This document shows, in pieces, positions 60,959 to 64,000 of a DNA stretch of 64,000 bases (positions are counted from its first letter, which is position 1; every line of letters begins with the position of its first letter). The notes below the pieces were generated by a model. The model searched no databases, had not been told where the DNA came from, and was given only the letters and a program-made list of their open reading frames with translations. This stretch comes from Haplodiscus bocki (Eukaryota), in assembly GCA_965655095.1 (NCBI GenBank), contig OZ296649.1, positions 37,696,001 through 37,760,000 of the forward strand, given 5' to 3'. The position numbers and the translations under genes were made by a program.

Positions 60959-63213
60959 AATAGCACAATCGAAAATCAACCTAACTAAATTACAAACAGA
61001 CAACCTAATACCTACATGTCTTTATATTGACACAAATTTGAAATCATTGCCATAAAGGGAAATCCTGCAGACCAATCATCAACCAAAAGTTTTAGCGAGC
61101 TGATTGACAAGTTTCATGTATATAAAACAGTTCCATAAGTGGTTGGAAGAGAGAGACGATCAACAATCAGCGAAAAAAGAGTAGAGTGACTACATTGGTA
61201 ATTGTTTTATAAAGAAAATGGCCTAAACCTGTGATAGGAAGCCGTTTCCATTTAGAGATATTAACCAGACTGACTTGAACTACATATATAGAAAGTAGTG
61301 TAATATGTGTTCTTACCGGTCAAGTTTGTAGAGTCCGGACACTCAATAGAAGATACGAAATTTAATGTGTAGATAAATCGGATGAAAATTGCATGAAGGG
61401 TTCATTGTAACCTGTTACTTGCAAAAGAATAAGTTCCAGTTCAGAACCACTTGAATGTTGTCAAGCAAAAGTGCAGCCAAGTTTCAACGGTCAATTGAGA
61501 AAGCTAAAGAAGTAGAGCGAGGTAAGTCGGGGAGGCTTTAGAGAAATTGGAACGCCAAGTGAAATGAAGCGTCCCAGTTGAACGTCTCATATAACGTCAG
61601 AAAATGCTTCTTCTAGTTTGTGTTCCACACTTTTCACGAGTAATTGTTTTTGTTGCGTTTGGTGGAAGACATTTGAGTAATAGTAGTGTAAGAGAAGTTT
61701 CTGATGTAAACGTAAAGTTTGTAGCAATTTGCCTGCAGCAGTGAAAAAAAATAATGGCGAAAATATGTAGCCAGTGTTACTCAATAATTTTTATCAGAGA
61801 TGGAATGTCCAAAAAGGGAAAGGCCAACCATGAGATGAGCTGTCAATCAATTTCTTTCATTTTGAAAACGGACTTTTTACATTCAAAAACTAGCTATAAG
61901 GAAGAAAGTGCTTGTCTGTGAAAAGAACTCAAGTGGAACAAGTCCCTTTTCATGGTGACAGACTGTCGGGGAATTTTTTTCACGGGGATTCACAGCGTGT
62001 CTGAGAAAATTACTTAAGAGGAACAAAGTCCTCTGATAAGGCGACAAGTTGTCTGGAGAAGTTACTCTGAACAAATGACTGAAAAACAAAATAGTGTTAA
62101 AACTTGCACCAAGTCCCCAGAAAAGGAAACACCTCTCATATATGGAAATCGTTGTAGCTTCGACCAAAAAAGGAAAACTTGTCCATATATAGCAGGCATG
62201 AATAGGTTAAAACCATATAAAAGCACCAGCTTGCTACTCTGATTAATCAATCTTTAAAACTCGTTCCCAACAACAGCAACTCGCTTCGTCCAGCTACGAG
62301 CGTACCCAACCACTGGTGAAGTTTCTCATCACTACCTGCTTACGATCAGAATTCACTGCTAAACTTTGTCGAAATTGAATAACTTTTACCTTTGCCGGAA
62401 GAGATGTGCAGCTACAACAAAACCCAAGTCTCTCCTTATGATCCTACAAAGCTTGCAATTCATTCTATTTTGGATCCCGAAGATAATCTTGTATCAAATT
62501 GTGGCCAGAATTTCGAAAAGATTTTTTCTTTCGATGGCATTGTGCACTTCATTGACGCGGAGAACATCGTGACGTATGAAGATTTTGATTGTGGCTTTAC
62601 TTTCTACCCTGAAACTCCTACAAATATTAGGCAGATCAACCGAGAATGGAGTTACATTTCCAGATCCTGTAAAAAACCCAAGTGCATTCCAAGTAACGAT
62701 CAACAAAACTGTTTTATTGATGAGCAGCATAACTCTAATATCTTTCTGAACCCGTACAATTTATAAGACATGGTTCCAGAAGCTCTTATGTCAATCAACC
62801 ACACTAATGATGGATACTCTATGTCCAATCAGTACCCTCAAGCAACAACTCACCAACCTAGAAACAGACTCATGTCCGGTGTTCTCTTCATTGAGAAGGA
62901 CCGACAGTCAAAGGAAGGGATTGCGGGTCAGTTTTGCATTCTTTCAATGAAATTACCTACCAGACGGACGAGTGAACGAGACAGTTGCTACGGTTGAAGA
63001 GTTGAGTGATCTCTGGAAACCCGGAGCAATTGATGGAACTCCGCCATTTGTGATGAACTGTAGTTGTATTTACATGTAGCAATTTGCTTCAGTTGTTTGA
63101 TTTGTATTCTCTGCTGGAGCAATATTTGTTGCTATTTTTTTTGAAAATTTATGTTTTTGTTCCCTTTTTTTGATGACTTTGAGTGAGAAGTAAAAACTGA
63201 ACGACAACTTCTA

Positions 63214-63555
63214 TGTAAGGTAACATTCCGTTAGGCAGCCGAAGCCGCAACCTATCTTAGCACATTGCAAAAGTTCACCCTAGCGTAATACATAGGTGCA
63301 CACCCTCCTCAGCCACCACTCTCTATAACCTACTTCAGTACTTGATCAGGTCGGTTCTCTGCCTGATCAAACAAGATGACGTCATCATAAACGCGTCATT
63401 GAAATTAGACTACGTATCTCTGCGCGTTGCAAACCTCATAGTCTCTAGTAGAACCTTGTTAATTAGCATTCTTTATCTACGTATACCGATGAAGAAACTC
63501 GGACCGGCCTGGCTGCCCTAATATGTTTTGTTACGTGGATCACACTTGGGTTACA
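63214..63555. mobile_element. Possible solo LTR
   Basis: TGTAA...TTACA termini, 342 bp, more GC-rich than the flanks, internal hairpin ttgatcagg/cctgatcaa; no TSD. Confidence 0.35.
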
Positions 63556-63682
63556 CAAAACCTAACCTAACAGATTATCTTGACTAACCTAACCCACACC
63601 ATGAGTTAAAGCATCACCGCAATTTGCCCTGTTTTGATGAACTCAAGAAAGTTTGGCAAACTCCAAAAGAAGTACACTCAAT

Positions 63683-63905
63683 ATCTCACACGTTGTAAAA
63701 TATTCAATTCGAAATCTGACGCGTGTTCAAGAAGTCGATTTAAAATCTAATACGTCGTACATTTTTTAACTCAAAATCTGACGCGTTGTTTTTTTTCCAA
63801 TTCAGAGTATGACGCGTTGTATTTTTTAAAATTCAAAATCTGGCGCGTTGTATTTTTTAAAAAATCACAATCTGACAATTAATGAATTTTTCAATTCAAA
63901 TTAAC
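63683..63905. repeat. ~31-bp degenerate minisatellite, about 7 copies
   Basis: Unit of the form aaaatctgacgcgttgtattttttaaaattc. Confidence 0.85.
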
Positions 63906-64000
63906 GCTTTTTAAGAAAGCACAAAAATTGCAAAATATATCGTTTTCACGGATTAAAGAGAACCAAAACATGATTTTTTGGAAGCAAATATTTTTTTCAA

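Noticed and set aside
61100-61560. Integrase C-terminal/chromodomain remnant
   Set aside because: Only scattered, frameshifted resemblance; too weak to support.
63559-63595. Telomeric (TTAGG)n remnant
   Set aside because: Only two or three AACCT units in two patches; common in repeat ends and by chance.

Overview
AT-rich, repeat-dense eukaryotic (probably invertebrate animal) genomic DNA with GT-AG introns; I see no prokaryotic features, rRNA, tRNA or CRISPR array. Three host genes can be assembled by hand. (1) The last two exons of INTS5 (+, 360-1218). (2) A very large Nopp140/NOLC1 gene (+): a 7.3-kb exon with about 55 tandem 105-bp acidic-serine/basic units (7740-15029) spliced in frame to an SRP40 C-terminal exon (18011-18400), giving about 2,560 aa. 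(3) A four-exon minus-strand gene (54964-47055, 620 aa) joining a TIR/HET-like domain, which keeps the WCxxE glutamate, to about 8 TPRs. This looks like a minimal sensor-effector immune receptor and is the best candidate for a novel system; its effector exons lie between an inverted pair of ~1.8-kb repeats. The rest is repetitive: a decayed Polinton/Maverick-type DNA polymerase B (~19.6-22.1 kb), a ~16-kb hierarchical macrosatellite (23.6-39.4 kb), BEL/Pao retrotransposon relics, TIR- and LTR-like elements, and minisatellites, including one whose inverted repeats always enclose exactly 23 nt. Family assignments come from motifs recognised by eye, not from database searches.
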